This document shows positions 17,924 through 27,214 of a stretch of DNA of 27,456 nt, one piece after another (within the stretch, counting starts at the first letter, position 1; each line of letters begins with the position of its first letter). Position numbers and translations under genes: made by a program. This DNA is from a virus (Duplodnaviria > Caudoviricetes). The notes below the pieces were generated by a model. It was not told where the DNA came from. It searched no databases and saw only the letters and a program-made list of their open reading frames with translations. The stretch lies in IMG/VR virus record IMGVR_UViG_3300008255_000398, positions 1 through 27,456 of that record. The stretch is one strand, 5' to 3'.

Positions 17924-18776
17924 AGAGAGAAGTTGTCCTATTTGTAATAAGTATGATTCGTCAGTAATGTGGAAGAAAAGCCCTTTGACAAAATATAGTA
18001 AGACTATAATGGATTATGAAGATATGATTCATGGCGAAAATCATATATGTCACATATGTGGGATGGTATATGAAAAGTATCCAATGATTTCTTCCTGCCT
18101 GGATGAATTTTATCAAAAGGATGAAGAAAAAGGGATAAGTCCTTACCGTGAAATCTATTCGTATACTATGAATAGCATATACCTTCATTTTGCGCATACT
18201 GTGCAATATTGCAAAGAGGTATTAAAGAAAGAAAACTTTGGTGATTGGTTAGACATTGGAAGTGGTGATCCATGGATAACTAAAGAAATGCAAAAATATG
18301 GTTCTGGATGGAGTTGGGACCCTGGATTTGATCACACAAGAAATTTCAAGAGCGATCCAAGAAGTAGATTTGACTTGGTCACATGTATGAACATGCTTGA
18401 ACATGTCTATGCTCCTATAGAGTTTTTACAAAACATGCATCCACTGGTTTCTAACTTTGGTAACCTTATTCTATGTGTACCATATGTGTACACTAATAGT
18501 ATTACTATGCATAAAGACCAATGGTTTAGTAACGCTCATATACATCATTTTGACATTAATTCTTTAGATAATACCTGCTTATTAGCAGGATGGAAGATTG
18601 ATAGTGTTCAATTGCTTTATGAAGAGATGGGACAGAAGATATATGTTAGATGTAAGAAAATTAGGCCTAAACAGCCTGTATTTAATTTTAATAAAGAAAA
18701 AGTTAGCAGAGCAAAAGATTTTATCTCACTTCAAAATCAAGTTTGGCTGGCTGGAAATGATATGAAGGTAGTTTAA
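17907..18776 (+). CDS. Class I SAM-dependent methyltransferase with N-terminal Zn finger
   Basis: CPIC...CHICG, WLDIGSG, FDLVTCMNMLEHV, HIHHF. TTG start after AGGAG. Confidence 0.85.
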   Translation: MEYLVEERSCPICNKYDSSVMWKKSPLTKYSKTIMDYEDMIHGENHICHICGMVYEKYPMISSCLDEFYQKDEEKGISPYREIYSYTMNSIYLHFAHTVQYCKEVLKKENFGDWLDIGSGDPWITKEMQKYGSGWSWDPGFDHTRNFKSDPRSRFDLVTCMNMLEHVYAPIEFLQNMHPLVSNFGNLILCVPYVYTNSITMHKDQWFSNAHIHHFDINSLDNTCLLAGWKIDSVQLLYEEMGQKIYVRCKKIRPKQPVFNFNKEKVSRAKDFISLQNQVWLAGNDMKVV

Positions 18777-18795
18777 TGGGTGATGAATGGTAATA

Positions 18796-18913
18796 GGTTA
18801 ACTCGATAACCTTAAGGCGAGGCTGGAAAAATTTATTCTTGCACTCTGCCAAGCCGTGAGTATACCGGCATCCCAGGCGTGTGCCTGGCAAATTTAATAT
18901 ATGTTAAGACTAG
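18796..18913 (+). ncRNA. tracrRNA-like scaffold, copy B, with anti-repeat
   Basis: Aligns with 10676-10776. The 3' segment AATATATGTTAAGACTAG (18896-18913) is imperfectly complementary to the adjacent repeats, including G-U pairs. Confidence 0.75.
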
Positions 18914-18924
18914 TGTTTGTGCTG

Positions 18925-19085
18925 GTTTAGTACTAACATGTGTTGACTTGGAGGCTGGATGTTACAAAACTTAATAACATAATATCCAGGTTTAGTACTA
19001 ACATGTGTTTTGTTGGAGGATGCTGCTTACTGCACCAATTAAATATAATCCTGGCAGTTTAGTACTAACATATGTTTAGTTGGAG
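18925..19085 (+). CRISPR. Mini CRISPR array: three 29-nt repeats and two spacers (36 and 38 nt)
   Basis: GTTTAGTACTAACATRTGTTnnnTTGGAG at 18925-18953, 18990-19018 and 19057-19085. Confidence 0.88.
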
Positions 19086-19163
19086 CTAGAAGATTTACAC
19101 CAAATTTGGAGAGTTGAAGCTAAAGTAAATAGACATTTTAATAACATTATAAGGAGCGACAGT

Positions 19164-20384
19164 ATGAATAAACAATTTAAGAAAGACAGAACAGGAAAGT
19201 ATGTATTAGAGAGCAATATAAAACCACCAGAAGGTCCAGAAATAGCGGAAGTATCTGCTATACCTAAAGGTGAGCTATGTGTAAAGGTAGAGGATATATC
19301 TGATATATCGTTACCAGAAGAAGTGCTAAAAGTAAAAAAGGCTGATAAGCTTGCCATTGTTGGGTTTGCTCCTAGCTGGAACTTAGCTCCTTTTGATGAT
19401 AAAGAGTTTGATGTTTGGGGAATTAACGAATTATATGTCTTGGCAGTAAATAAAAGGTTTACAGGTTGGTTTGAAATTCATGATCCTTGGTCACCTTCCA
19501 GGAACAATGCGAATCATCACAATTTTTTAAAAACCTGTACTATCCCTTTATTTATGCAGAGACATTATGGCGAATTCCCCAATAGTCTTGAATTCCCACG
19601 TAAACAGGTCAAAAACTTTTTTAACCAGAATATTATTATTGGCAATGTTGGATCATACTACACAGATTATAGTAACCAAATAACCTGGATGAATGGTCTT
19701 GCTATAATGCTCGGATATAAAGAAATTCATGTGTATGGCGTTGATATGGCTCAATCGAGTGAATATGCTTGGCAAAGAGCAGCATGTCAATTTATGATAG
19801 GCTATGCCCTTGGAGCTGGAATCAAAGTGCTTATCCCTAAAAATAGTGAGTTATGCAAATATCCTCGTGACTATGGTTGGGAAACAGACAATTATCAAAG
19901 GAACTTGAAGAAACAAAGAATCAAGGATGTTGGAAATAGAATTCAGCATATCGAGAATGCAATCATTGAACAGGATTATTATAAAGATGCTTTTGCAACT
20001 GAAAACAAGAGAGCTAATGACGATTATAACAATAAAATCAATCAGCTTAAATTAAGGGTTGTGAAACTTCAAACCATGCTTGAGAAGAATTCTGATATTA
20101 ACAGGATTATAACTACTATGCCTAAAGATATGAAAGAGCTTGAAACAAAGACACCTGAAATTCTTGGCAAGGTAGCTAAAGAAAATGAAACTGTTGAGGC
20201 AGAATTGAAGGCTTTAGAACAGGATATAACTGCTCTTAGGACTGAAAGAGAGCAAGTCAACAAGCAACATTTTATCCAGATGCAAATATTGGACCTTAAC
20301 AAAAAGAATCATACTACATCAAAAAGCTTACATCAGGGTTGTCTTGATGAATGCAAACATGATTTAGCAAATAACTTAGTGTGA
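19164..20384 (+). CDS. Putative nonulosonate/sialyl-transferase-like (Maf/DUF115-type fold) protein with C-terminal coiled coil
   Basis: LAIVGFAPS, VWGINE and AIMLGYKEIHVYGVDM motifs. ATG 19164 follows AGGAG, whereas the TTG at 19080 lies inside a CRISPR repeat. Confidence 0.6.
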   Translation: MNKQFKKDRTGKYVLESNIKPPEGPEIAEVSAIPKGELCVKVEDISDISLPEEVLKVKKADKLAIVGFAPSWNLAPFDDKEFDVWGINELYVLAVNKRFTGWFEIHDPWSPSRNNANHHNFLKTCTIPLFMQRHYGEFPNSLEFPRKQVKNFFNQNIIIGNVGSYYTDYSNQITWMNGLAIMLGYKEIHVYGVDMAQSSEYAWQRAACQFMIGYALGAGIKVLIPKNSELCKYPRDYGWETDNYQRNLKKQRIKDVGNRIQHIENAIIEQDYYKDAFATENKRANDDYNNKINQLKLRVVKLQTMLEKNSDINRIITTMPKDMKELETKTPEILGKVAKENETVEAELKALEQDITALRTEREQVNKQHFIQMQILDLNKKNHTTSKSLHQGCLDECKHDLANNLV

Positions 20385-20391
20385 GGTTGAT

Positions 20392-21123
20392 ATGAATAGA
20401 TTACAGGGATTAATGTTGGGATTTGGAGATATTGGAACAGCAGTGCATAGCTTGTTTAAACATGTAATTAACTTTGAGATTATTGATCCAAAAAGAAAGA
20501 TGGTTGCAAAAATTGATAGGACCAGATATGACATTATAGTTGTAACTTATCCTTATCATGATGGTTTTATTGAAGAAATAAATGACCTGGCTATTAAGTA
20601 TTCAGCTTTTGACATAATGATATTTTCTACTTTGCCAATTGGGATCACTAAACAAATTACTGGAGCTGTACATATCCCAGTAGAGGGAAAGCATCCAGGA
20701 CTTGACAGGTATATAAGAAGCTGGAGATTATTTATAGGGCATAATGGCAATATTAGCGAAAAAATAATGCATTGTTTAAATAACATTGGCAACAACTACA
20801 CATTGGTAAGAGATTCTAATGTGACAGAAGCATTGAAGCTTTTATCAACAACTTGCTATGGTATTAACATTGAGTTTGCAAGGCTTGTTGGTGAAGTATT
20901 CCAGACATTGAGAAGCGATTATTCTTTGTGGAATGAATATACCTCAGCATATAATCTCCTGTATTCTAATACCAATGAGTTCAAGAGTATTAAGAGATAT
21001 AATCTTTATGCGCCTAGAGGTCCTATTGGTGGACACTGTATAGTATCTAATGCAAAATTATTAGGGAAATCGTTTAAATCACCTATTATCGACATTGTGA
21101 AAGGGGAACAATATGAGTCTTAA
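20392..21123 (+). CDS. UDP-glucose/GDP-mannose dehydrogenase family protein, short form
   Basis: GFGDIG Rossmann motif, FSTLPIG, EALKLLSTT..GINIEFA and catalytic IGGHCI. Confidence 0.8.
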   Translation: MNRLQGLMLGFGDIGTAVHSLFKHVINFEIIDPKRKMVAKIDRTRYDIIVVTYPYHDGFIEEINDLAIKYSAFDIMIFSTLPIGITKQITGAVHIPVEGKHPGLDRYIRSWRLFIGHNGNISEKIMHCLNNIGNNYTLVRDSNVTEALKLLSTTCYGINIEFARLVGEVFQTLRSDYSLWNEYTSAYNLLYSNTNEFKSIKRYNLYAPRGPIGGHCIVSNAKLLGKSFKSPIIDIVKGEQYES

Positions 21124-21925
21124 AGATATAAAGGAAAGATCAGAGGTAGTTATCATTGGAACTGGGAGGTATGAAGAGGAGCTTCCTTATGCATTTGATT
21201 TAAACAAAACAGATGTGTGGGCGTTAGGTCCTAGTGCTTTTAAAGCTTATGATAATAATGAACCATTTTCATATAACTGTTTATTTGAGATACATAATAA
21301 AAAGTATTCTCCATACTTTAGAAATGAAATTTACCAGGAATTCTTGAAGAAAAATCCTGTTAAAAAGATTATGCAGAAAGAAAGCTATACTTATCCTTTA
21401 TCAGAAGCATACCCACTTGAGGAGATAATAGAAGAGTTTGGAACTAAATTCTTTATATGTTCTCTCTCATATGCTATAGCATTAGCCATACATATGAAAT
21501 ATGAGAAGATAGTTCTAAGAGGTATTAACATGATCATGACTGATGATTTAATACAAAAAAATGGTGTTGAGTTTTGGTTGGGAATTGCTGAAGGAAGAGG
21601 AATAAAAGTTGAAACTTCTTCAGTATGTGATTTATTGAAATGTGGTAAAATGTATGCATATGAATGTGATAATACATTAGCTGTGTATCAGCAAAGATAC
21701 ATGAATACTATCATAAGAGAGATAGCAAGATATCTGCAAAGAAACCATGAATTCCACACAACTATGGCTGAAATTTCTTCAAGTGTTACTGACATGTTTA
21801 ATATGCTTACTACTGAAAGAGTTGGCTTCATGAGACAGATACTTGAAAGACATGAAATAAACTATAGAAATGAGGATGATGAAAATGAGAATTGTTGCTC
21901 TAGTACCTGCAAGGAAGGGCAGTGA
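21113..21925 (+). CDS. Paralog of 19164-20384 (putative glycosyltransferase)
   Basis: VVIIGTG, DVWAL, LFEIH, YPL, AIALAIHMKYEKIVLRGINM and FWLGIAEGRGIKV all align with the paralog. Confidence 0.6.
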   Translation: MSLKDIKERSEVVIIGTGRYEEELPYAFDLNKTDVWALGPSAFKAYDNNEPFSYNCLFEIHNKKYSPYFRNEIYQEFLKKNPVKKIMQKESYTYPLSEAYPLEEIIEEFGTKFFICSLSYAIALAIHMKYEKIVLRGINMIMTDDLIQKNGVEFWLGIAEGRGIKVETSSVCDLLKCGKMYAYECDNTLAVYQQRYMNTIIREIARYLQRNHEFHTTMAEISSSVTDMFNMLTTERVGFMRQILERHEINYRNEDDENENCCSSTCKEGQ

Positions 21926-22574
21926 AAGGGTACCTAATAAGTCTATGATGAGGCTTGTTGGTAAACCATTATTATTCTACACCATTGATGCCGCTGTGGA
22001 CTCTACTCTAATAGAAGATATTTACATAAGCACTGACTATACACCAACTGTACTTAAGCAATGTCTTAAGAGGAAAAAGACACACTATGTAAGAAGGCCT
22101 GACGAAATGTGTACTAGTAGTTCACCAGCAATAGATTATATAAGACACTTTATTGATGTTGCTGATTTAAGTCAGGACGACATAATTGTTCTTTTGCAGC
22201 CTACATCTCCTTTAAGAACTGGTATAGACATAACTAATGCAATAGAAGCGTATAAAAATACGGATAAGGAAACATTAGTCAGTGTTGTTAAATTTCCTAC
22301 TATAAAGCAGTTTTATTATTCTGATGGATCACCAATGGAGATCGGTGAGTATTTGAGATTAGAGCAGTCTAACCAAACTGTATATAAGAGGAATGGTAGT
22401 ATCTATATATTTAATGTCAGATTCTTTAAAGAGCGAAATGATATATTTGGACACAGCCCATATCTTTTCGAGATGGATTCATTCAAAGCAGACGATATTG
22501 ACGATATGAAAGACTTTAAGAAAATTGAAGCTTTTGTTAAAGGGGGAGGGTTTAAGCTTTGGAAATCTTTTTAG
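21885..22574 (+). CDS. neuA: Acylneuraminate cytidylyltransferase (CMP-nonulosonate synthetase)
   Basis: VPARKGSERVPNK, GKPL, STD, RP, LLQPTSPLR, NGSIY, DIDD. Confidence 0.92.
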   Translation: MRIVALVPARKGSERVPNKSMMRLVGKPLLFYTIDAAVDSTLIEDIYISTDYTPTVLKQCLKRKKTHYVRRPDEMCTSSSPAIDYIRHFIDVADLSQDDIIVLLQPTSPLRTGIDITNAIEAYKNTDKETLVSVVKFPTIKQFYYSDGSPMEIGEYLRLEQSNQTVYKRNGSIYIFNVRFFKERNDIFGHSPYLFEMDSFKADDIDDMKDFKKIEAFVKGGGFKLWKSF

Positions 22575-22789
22575 ATATACTAACTCTAATCTTATGTATA
22601 CTTAATATTATCTTTATTATGCAGATCAGTAGAGAAATTTTAAGTATGCAGCAAAGCAAAGAAAATGAGTACAAAGAAATCAATAAGATTCTAGATAGGG
22701 AAATGAAAGCCCTTAGCAATGATGAATATGAGGATAAATATCAAAAATTTCAGAGTGAAAACGACTTATACACCAACAAAAAGAGGTGA
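22559..22789 (+). CDS. Small single-transmembrane protein
   Basis: Hydrophobic N-terminal helix. GGGAGG RBS with a TTG start. Confidence 0.6.
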   Translation: MEIFLDILTLILCILNIIFIMQISREILSMQQSKENEYKEINKILDREMKALSNDEYEDKYQKFQSENDLYTNKKR

Positions 22790-22795
22790 GCATGA

Positions 22796-23041
22796 GTGGA
22801 CATTAGATGTATAGTTTGTAATAAGCTCTTATGTAAAGATATAGTTGGAAATATGGATATATCCTTCTCTACTGATTTATACAATGGTATAGATATAGGA
22901 TATGAACCCGGAAACATAATCGAAATAATGTGTCCTAGATGTAAGGGCATTTACAGTATAATCAACAACGAAGGTGGCGACATGAAATGGTTAGAGACAT
23001 TGAAAGAGAGGTACAGTATTCCAATCGGGATGACTTCATGA
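22796..23041 (+). CDS. Com-like Zn-finger protein
   Basis: DIRCIVCNKLL...IEIMCPRCK resembles the Mu Com pattern. Confidence 0.6.
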   Translation: MDIRCIVCNKLLCKDIVGNMDISFSTDLYNGIDIGYEPGNIIEIMCPRCKGIYSIINNEGGDMKWLETLKERYSIPIGMTS

Positions 23042-24945
23042 CAGATAGTGAACTAACCGATATAAACTGTTGTATAGACAAACTAAACAGCAACATTGGC
23101 GACATGCAAGATAATTACACCAGGTGGGATGAAGAAGAGGAAGCATTTAATCAGGACCAAGCCGAGGAAGAAAACAAGCCTAATAGTAGGATTAACATAA
23201 TAAATAGCACGATCATGGGTGAAGTAACTCAGATTATTGACCAGAATATTTCTACTATGGCAAAGGGTGAAGGTCCTGATGATAAAAACTTTGAAGAATA
23301 CGCCAGAATCGGTCTAGATTGGGCATTCAGGAAAAATAGAATTCAAAAGAAATTATATGTGCATGAATTACGCCGAAATAAATTTGGTGTTGGCTGGCTT
23401 AAGGTATATTGGGACAAATCATTTTCCAATGGTTTTGGATGTCCTATTATGACTGTGCCTCCAATTAATAAGATATTTATAGATAGTAAGATAAAAGAAC
23501 CTTATAGAATTCAGGAAGCTGAATATATATGTGAAACAATATCGCTTAGCAGATCATTTGCAGAAATGGAATATGGAGAAGAGAAAGCATCAGCAATAAT
23601 GTATGGCCTTCTTGAATACAGAGATCAGGGTGTATTTGATGAAAGCACTACTATAGATGATGATGACTCTTTTGTCCTATGCATGTATTGGACCAAATGC
23701 AAAGGAAAGCTTCGCTTGCGTGAATTCACAGGCGATGGATTATTACTTTTTGATAGTTTTAAGGGCAAGGATAGAAAAGAGAATCAGAAGCATAATGAAA
23801 TAAAACCAAGGTCCTATTATAAGCATGTTAATAATGCGTATCCCTATTTCTATACACCGAAGTATATAAAAGAGGGTGACTTCTACGGATATGGAGACTG
23901 CAAATTATTATTACCATTACAGAAAATGATTAATGAGCTATACGATAAGATTAGAATCAAAATGAGGCCAAATCTAATACTGATTGATAAGAGTTCAGAA
24001 ATTGATGTATCTTCATTTGACTCGGAGGATTCTTTTAACCCATATCCATTTAATGGAAATAGATTAAGAGGACAGCCTGTATATTCAGTGGAATGGGGAA
24101 CAATAAACCAGGATGTATTTAGACTTATTCAGAATATCCATGAGGAGGCTCAAAGAGTTACTCGTTTCTCAGATTTGATGATTGGACAAGCTAAGTCGGC
24201 TGATACTGCAACAGAAGCCGCAATTCAACATCAACAGGGTGGTACACATACTACTTTTGAAAAATCCATGCTTGAGCTAACAATGTCTGATGTTGCAAAA
24301 TACATGTTAGGTCTTATGATGGAATTTGTAACTAGTGGTAAAGCATTTAGACTTATGGGTGACCAGGGAATGGAAGATAGTTATAAATGGTTAGATTTTA
24401 GGGATATGACTAAGATTCCTTCATTAGTACCTGCTACATCTGGCTATAAAGACAAGTTTATGGAGAAAAATCCGAAACAAAACATCCCTGAATGGGAAAC
24501 TTTGGAAGAGAATGGTAAGCTGGTTACAAAAGAGGTAGAACTTGACATTGAAATATCTGTTGGATCAGGATTGCCTAAAAATAAAGCATTTTTATGGCAA
24601 ATGATCAGGGAATTAAGTCAAATGCAAGGTATCGACATAGAAGAACAGATGCCAATGCCAAAACCTGCCATTACCTGGAAGGAATTAAGACAGTTCATGA
24701 AAGACCATATTGGCATTCCTATTCGTGGTGATGACGAAATGAAAAAGTATGTTGAACAGATGAAGAAAATGAGAGAATTAGCAAATCAGCAACAGCAAAT
24801 GGCTGGAAATAATATACCACCAATGGCAAATCAAAGAATGTCTGGTAACGCTAATATGCAAAGTGCAGATGTCCAGGGAATGACACCAGGTGGATCACCT
24901 CAGCAGCCACAACAGGCAGAGCAGCCACCAGTAGGAGCAGTTTAG
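22987..24945 (+). CDS. Portal protein (P22 gp1-like)
   Basis: 652 aa, lies between terL and scaffold. FGVGWLKVYWD, TATEAAI, DIEISVGSGLP and a Q/P-rich tail. Confidence 0.85.
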   Translation: MVRDIEREVQYSNRDDFMTDSELTDINCCIDKLNSNIGDMQDNYTRWDEEEEAFNQDQAEEENKPNSRINIINSTIMGEVTQIIDQNISTMAKGEGPDDKNFEEYARIGLDWAFRKNRIQKKLYVHELRRNKFGVGWLKVYWDKSFSNGFGCPIMTVPPINKIFIDSKIKEPYRIQEAEYICETISLSRSFAEMEYGEEKASAIMYGLLEYRDQGVFDESTTIDDDDSFVLCMYWTKCKGKLRLREFTGDGLLLFDSFKGKDRKENQKHNEIKPRSYYKHVNNAYPYFYTPKYIKEGDFYGYGDCKLLLPLQKMINELYDKIRIKMRPNLILIDKSSEIDVSSFDSEDSFNPYPFNGNRLRGQPVYSVEWGTINQDVFRLIQNIHEEAQRVTRFSDLMIGQAKSADTATEAAIQHQQGGTHTTFEKSMLELTMSDVAKYMLGLMMEFVTSGKAFRLMGDQGMEDSYKWLDFRDMTKIPSLVPATSGYKDKFMEKNPKQNIPEWETLEENGKLVTKEVELDIEISVGSGLPKNKAFLWQMIRELSQMQGIDIEEQMPMPKPAITWKELRQFMKDHIGIPIRGDDEMKKYVEQMKKMRELANQQQQMAGNNIPPMANQRMSGNANMQSADVQGMTPGGSPQQPQQAEQPPVGAV

Positions 24946-24946
24946 T

Positions 24947-25378
24947 ATGGAAATAAAAGAACATAATGAATTAATAAAAGTCATGTTTGATGGAAATAAA
25001 TCCATGAGACATGTTTTAACAGATGAAGATATAAAAAAAATGACACTGACCGAAGGGCGTTTTCCCTTCACAAGATTGCCTGTATGTGCTCATTGTGAGA
25101 AGCTAGGTCTTTGGTCAAGTGATAAAATAACTGGTGAGATGATTGGAATATGTAAGAGCTGTGGAACTATAACTAAAAATCCTCATACATATTCTGATTA
25201 TCTCTCCAGGAATTATGATGTAGATGAAACTGGCAAGACATTTAGGTCAATGCTTATTGCTGATAAAAAGAAAGATGCAATGAAGAGATTTTTCTTGCCT
25301 GACTATTCGAAGATGGGTAATAAGAAGGATAGATTCAGGATTAAGCTTAAAGGATCGGAGAAGATTTATAATGAGTGA
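24947..25378 (+). CDS. Hypothetical Zn-finger protein
   Basis: CAHC...CKSC. Lies in the operon after the portal. Confidence 0.7.
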   Translation: MEIKEHNELIKVMFDGNKSMRHVLTDEDIKKMTLTEGRFPFTRLPVCAHCEKLGLWSSDKITGEMIGICKSCGTITKNPHTYSDYLSRNYDVDETGKTFRSMLIADKKKDAMKRFFLPDYSKMGNKKDRFRIKLKGSEKIYNE

Positions 25379-25772
25379 AGAGGTAGGATTAAACAAAGAT
25401 AAGAGCGAAATGACTATTCTTGAGAAGAGAAATAAGCTTGAAGAAAAGCTCATAATTATCTCAAATAATAGAGCTTTAGAGAAATATGATTTTAAGACTG
25501 CAAAAATAGAAAGAGTTATCTTTAATATTGAAGAATATGGCATTAACGATAATTATTTTGGTGGTAACTGTGCCAGGCTTGCAAAGCTGAAAGACAGTAA
25601 GTTTATGTTAATTGTATCAAAGCAAAACACTACACTAGGGATACTTGTACCTAAAGAATGTCTTCCATCTCTGACAAAACATGAGTTAGAGTGGATTGCA
25701 TCTTTCTATAAAATCAAGATTGACAGCAAGATGACAAAAGAAGATATTGTCGAGAGAATAAAAAAGGTGTAG
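25371..25772 (+). CDS. Hypothetical protein with C-terminal HeH/Rho-N-like motif
   Basis: LTKHELEWIASFYKIKIDSKMTKEDIVERI. Confidence 0.65.
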   Translation: MSEEVGLNKDKSEMTILEKRNKLEEKLIIISNNRALEKYDFKTAKIERVIFNIEEYGINDNYFGGNCARLAKLKDSKFMLIVSKQNTTLGILVPKECLPSLTKHELEWIASFYKIKIDSKMTKEDIVERIKKV

Positions 25773-25836
25773 AATGTAATTAACATATCTGACCTAGATT
25801 ATAGGTTTTAACGATTCAATTCGGAGGCAACTTAAG

Positions 25837-26634
25837 ATGGACGAAAAAGAAAAAACTAATCTTACAGATTCCCAAGAGAACAAAGATGAAAAACACATTA
25901 ATAATGATGTCGAAAATAATGAAGATGTCGATTCAGAAGAATTAGACATGATGGATAATGAGGACGATTCCAATGAAGATGATGATCCCAATGAGGACGA
26001 ATCTGATGAAGGGAAGCAAAATGTCCCATTAAAAACATACCTACAAGAGAAAAAGAGAAGGCGTGAGTTATCACGAGAGCTTGAAGAATTAAAAGCTAGT
26101 AAATACGAATCTGATACCAGAGAGTACAAAAAAAGCGTATATGACAGGATCACTAAAGCCAACTATGACGATGGATTGGCTGAGATCATAGCTGATGAAT
26201 TAGCTGGACTTGCAAACTCTGTCAAAGTGAATAAGGATGATAAATTCATTTTAGATTTAGAGGAAGAAATAGAGGATTTAGCTGCTGAGGATGATTTCTT
26301 CTCAGATATTTCAGACTATAAAGACCAGATAATTAAAAAGGCCTTATCCTATAAGAAAGCCGGAATCAAAGACTTCGATATCTCTGCAATATATTTTGGT
26401 GTAAGAGGTAGAAAACGGATTAAGGAATTTAATACTAAGAATGAAGTTAAGAACCGAATTCGAAATAAAGATGATGTCAAGCCTAGTAGTGAGTCTGTTA
26501 AAAATGCAGGTTCTAAGCCTATTAAGAGTAAGCATAAATTAACTGGCGAGGACCAAAAAATCCTTAAGGAGCTGCAAATTGCACAGCCAGATGCAGGCTG
26601 GACACCAGAAAAATATTTGAAAAATAAGAAATAG
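25837..26634 (+). CDS. Capsid scaffolding protein
   Basis: Acidic N-terminus, NVPLKTYLQEKKRRREL coiled coil, and position before the capsid genes. Confidence 0.75.
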   Translation: MDEKEKTNLTDSQENKDEKHINNDVENNEDVDSEELDMMDNEDDSNEDDDPNEDESDEGKQNVPLKTYLQEKKRRRELSRELEELKASKYESDTREYKKSVYDRITKANYDDGLAEIIADELAGLANSVKVNKDDKFILDLEEEIEDLAAEDDFFSDISDYKDQIIKKALSYKKAGIKDFDISAIYFGVRGRKRIKEFNTKNEVKNRIRNKDDVKPSSESVKNAGSKPIKSKHKLTGEDQKILKELQIAQPDAGWTPEKYLKNKK

Positions 26635-26649
26635 AATAGAGGTGTACTT

Positions 26650-27198
26650 ATGGGACAAGTTTGTAATATAAGAAATTGTTCTGATAAGGCAATTTTTCCG
26701 GTATATTTCTCAACAGACAGCACTAGTTTTGGTGGTACTGATACGTTGTATAGCTCTGATGTAGGAAAATTTGTGCAAAAGACAACATCTGCAAATAACG
26801 CTGTTATTCTTGTAAGAGGAACAACAGCAAATAGAGCTCCAGGAGGAGCAGCAACAACTACAATGCAAATACTAGGGTTTATTCATAGTGTTCCACAGAA
26901 TACAACTGTTGGATCAACTAAGCCTGTTTATATCAGGAGAATGAACCCAATGACAGAGTTAGAGATTTCATATTCTACTTTGTATAGCAGTAATCTTCCT
27001 GCTACAACAGACATAGGCGCATTTATAGGCCTTAGTAATACTACTACTATTGCGGGTGCTTGTTTATCAATGGGTGGTATTGGTACAAGTCAAGCAGGTA
27101 CCACAAGTGGAAGATTCATAAGAATAAGCGGATTTGATAACAATAGACGAAAAATATTTGGCTATCCAGTATTGGAAAGCTCAGCTATAGACTGGTAA
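26650..27198 (+). CDS. Thr/Ser/Gly-rich virion protein (putative head decoration)
   Basis: Lies between scaffold and major capsid genes. Composition rich in small residues. Confidence 0.6.
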   Translation: MGQVCNIRNCSDKAIFPVYFSTDSTSFGGTDTLYSSDVGKFVQKTTSANNAVILVRGTTANRAPGGAATTTMQILGFIHSVPQNTTVGSTKPVYIRRMNPMTELEISYSTLYSSNLPATTDIGAFIGLSNTTTIAGACLSMGGIGTSQAGTTSGRFIRISGFDNNRRKIFGYPVLESSAIDW

Positions 27199-27214
27199 GG
27201 GAGGGAAATATTAA

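Noticed and set aside
19035-19056. Spacer 2 shares CAATTAAATATAA and CCTGGCA with the scaffold 3' end
   Set aside because: The pieces are short and in swapped order, so probably coincidence.
1866-26723. Antisense and nested ORFs over real genes (e.g. 1866-2285, 9879-10341, 16134-16508, 25794-26162)
   Set aside because: Shadow frames of well-supported genes with no recognisable motifs.
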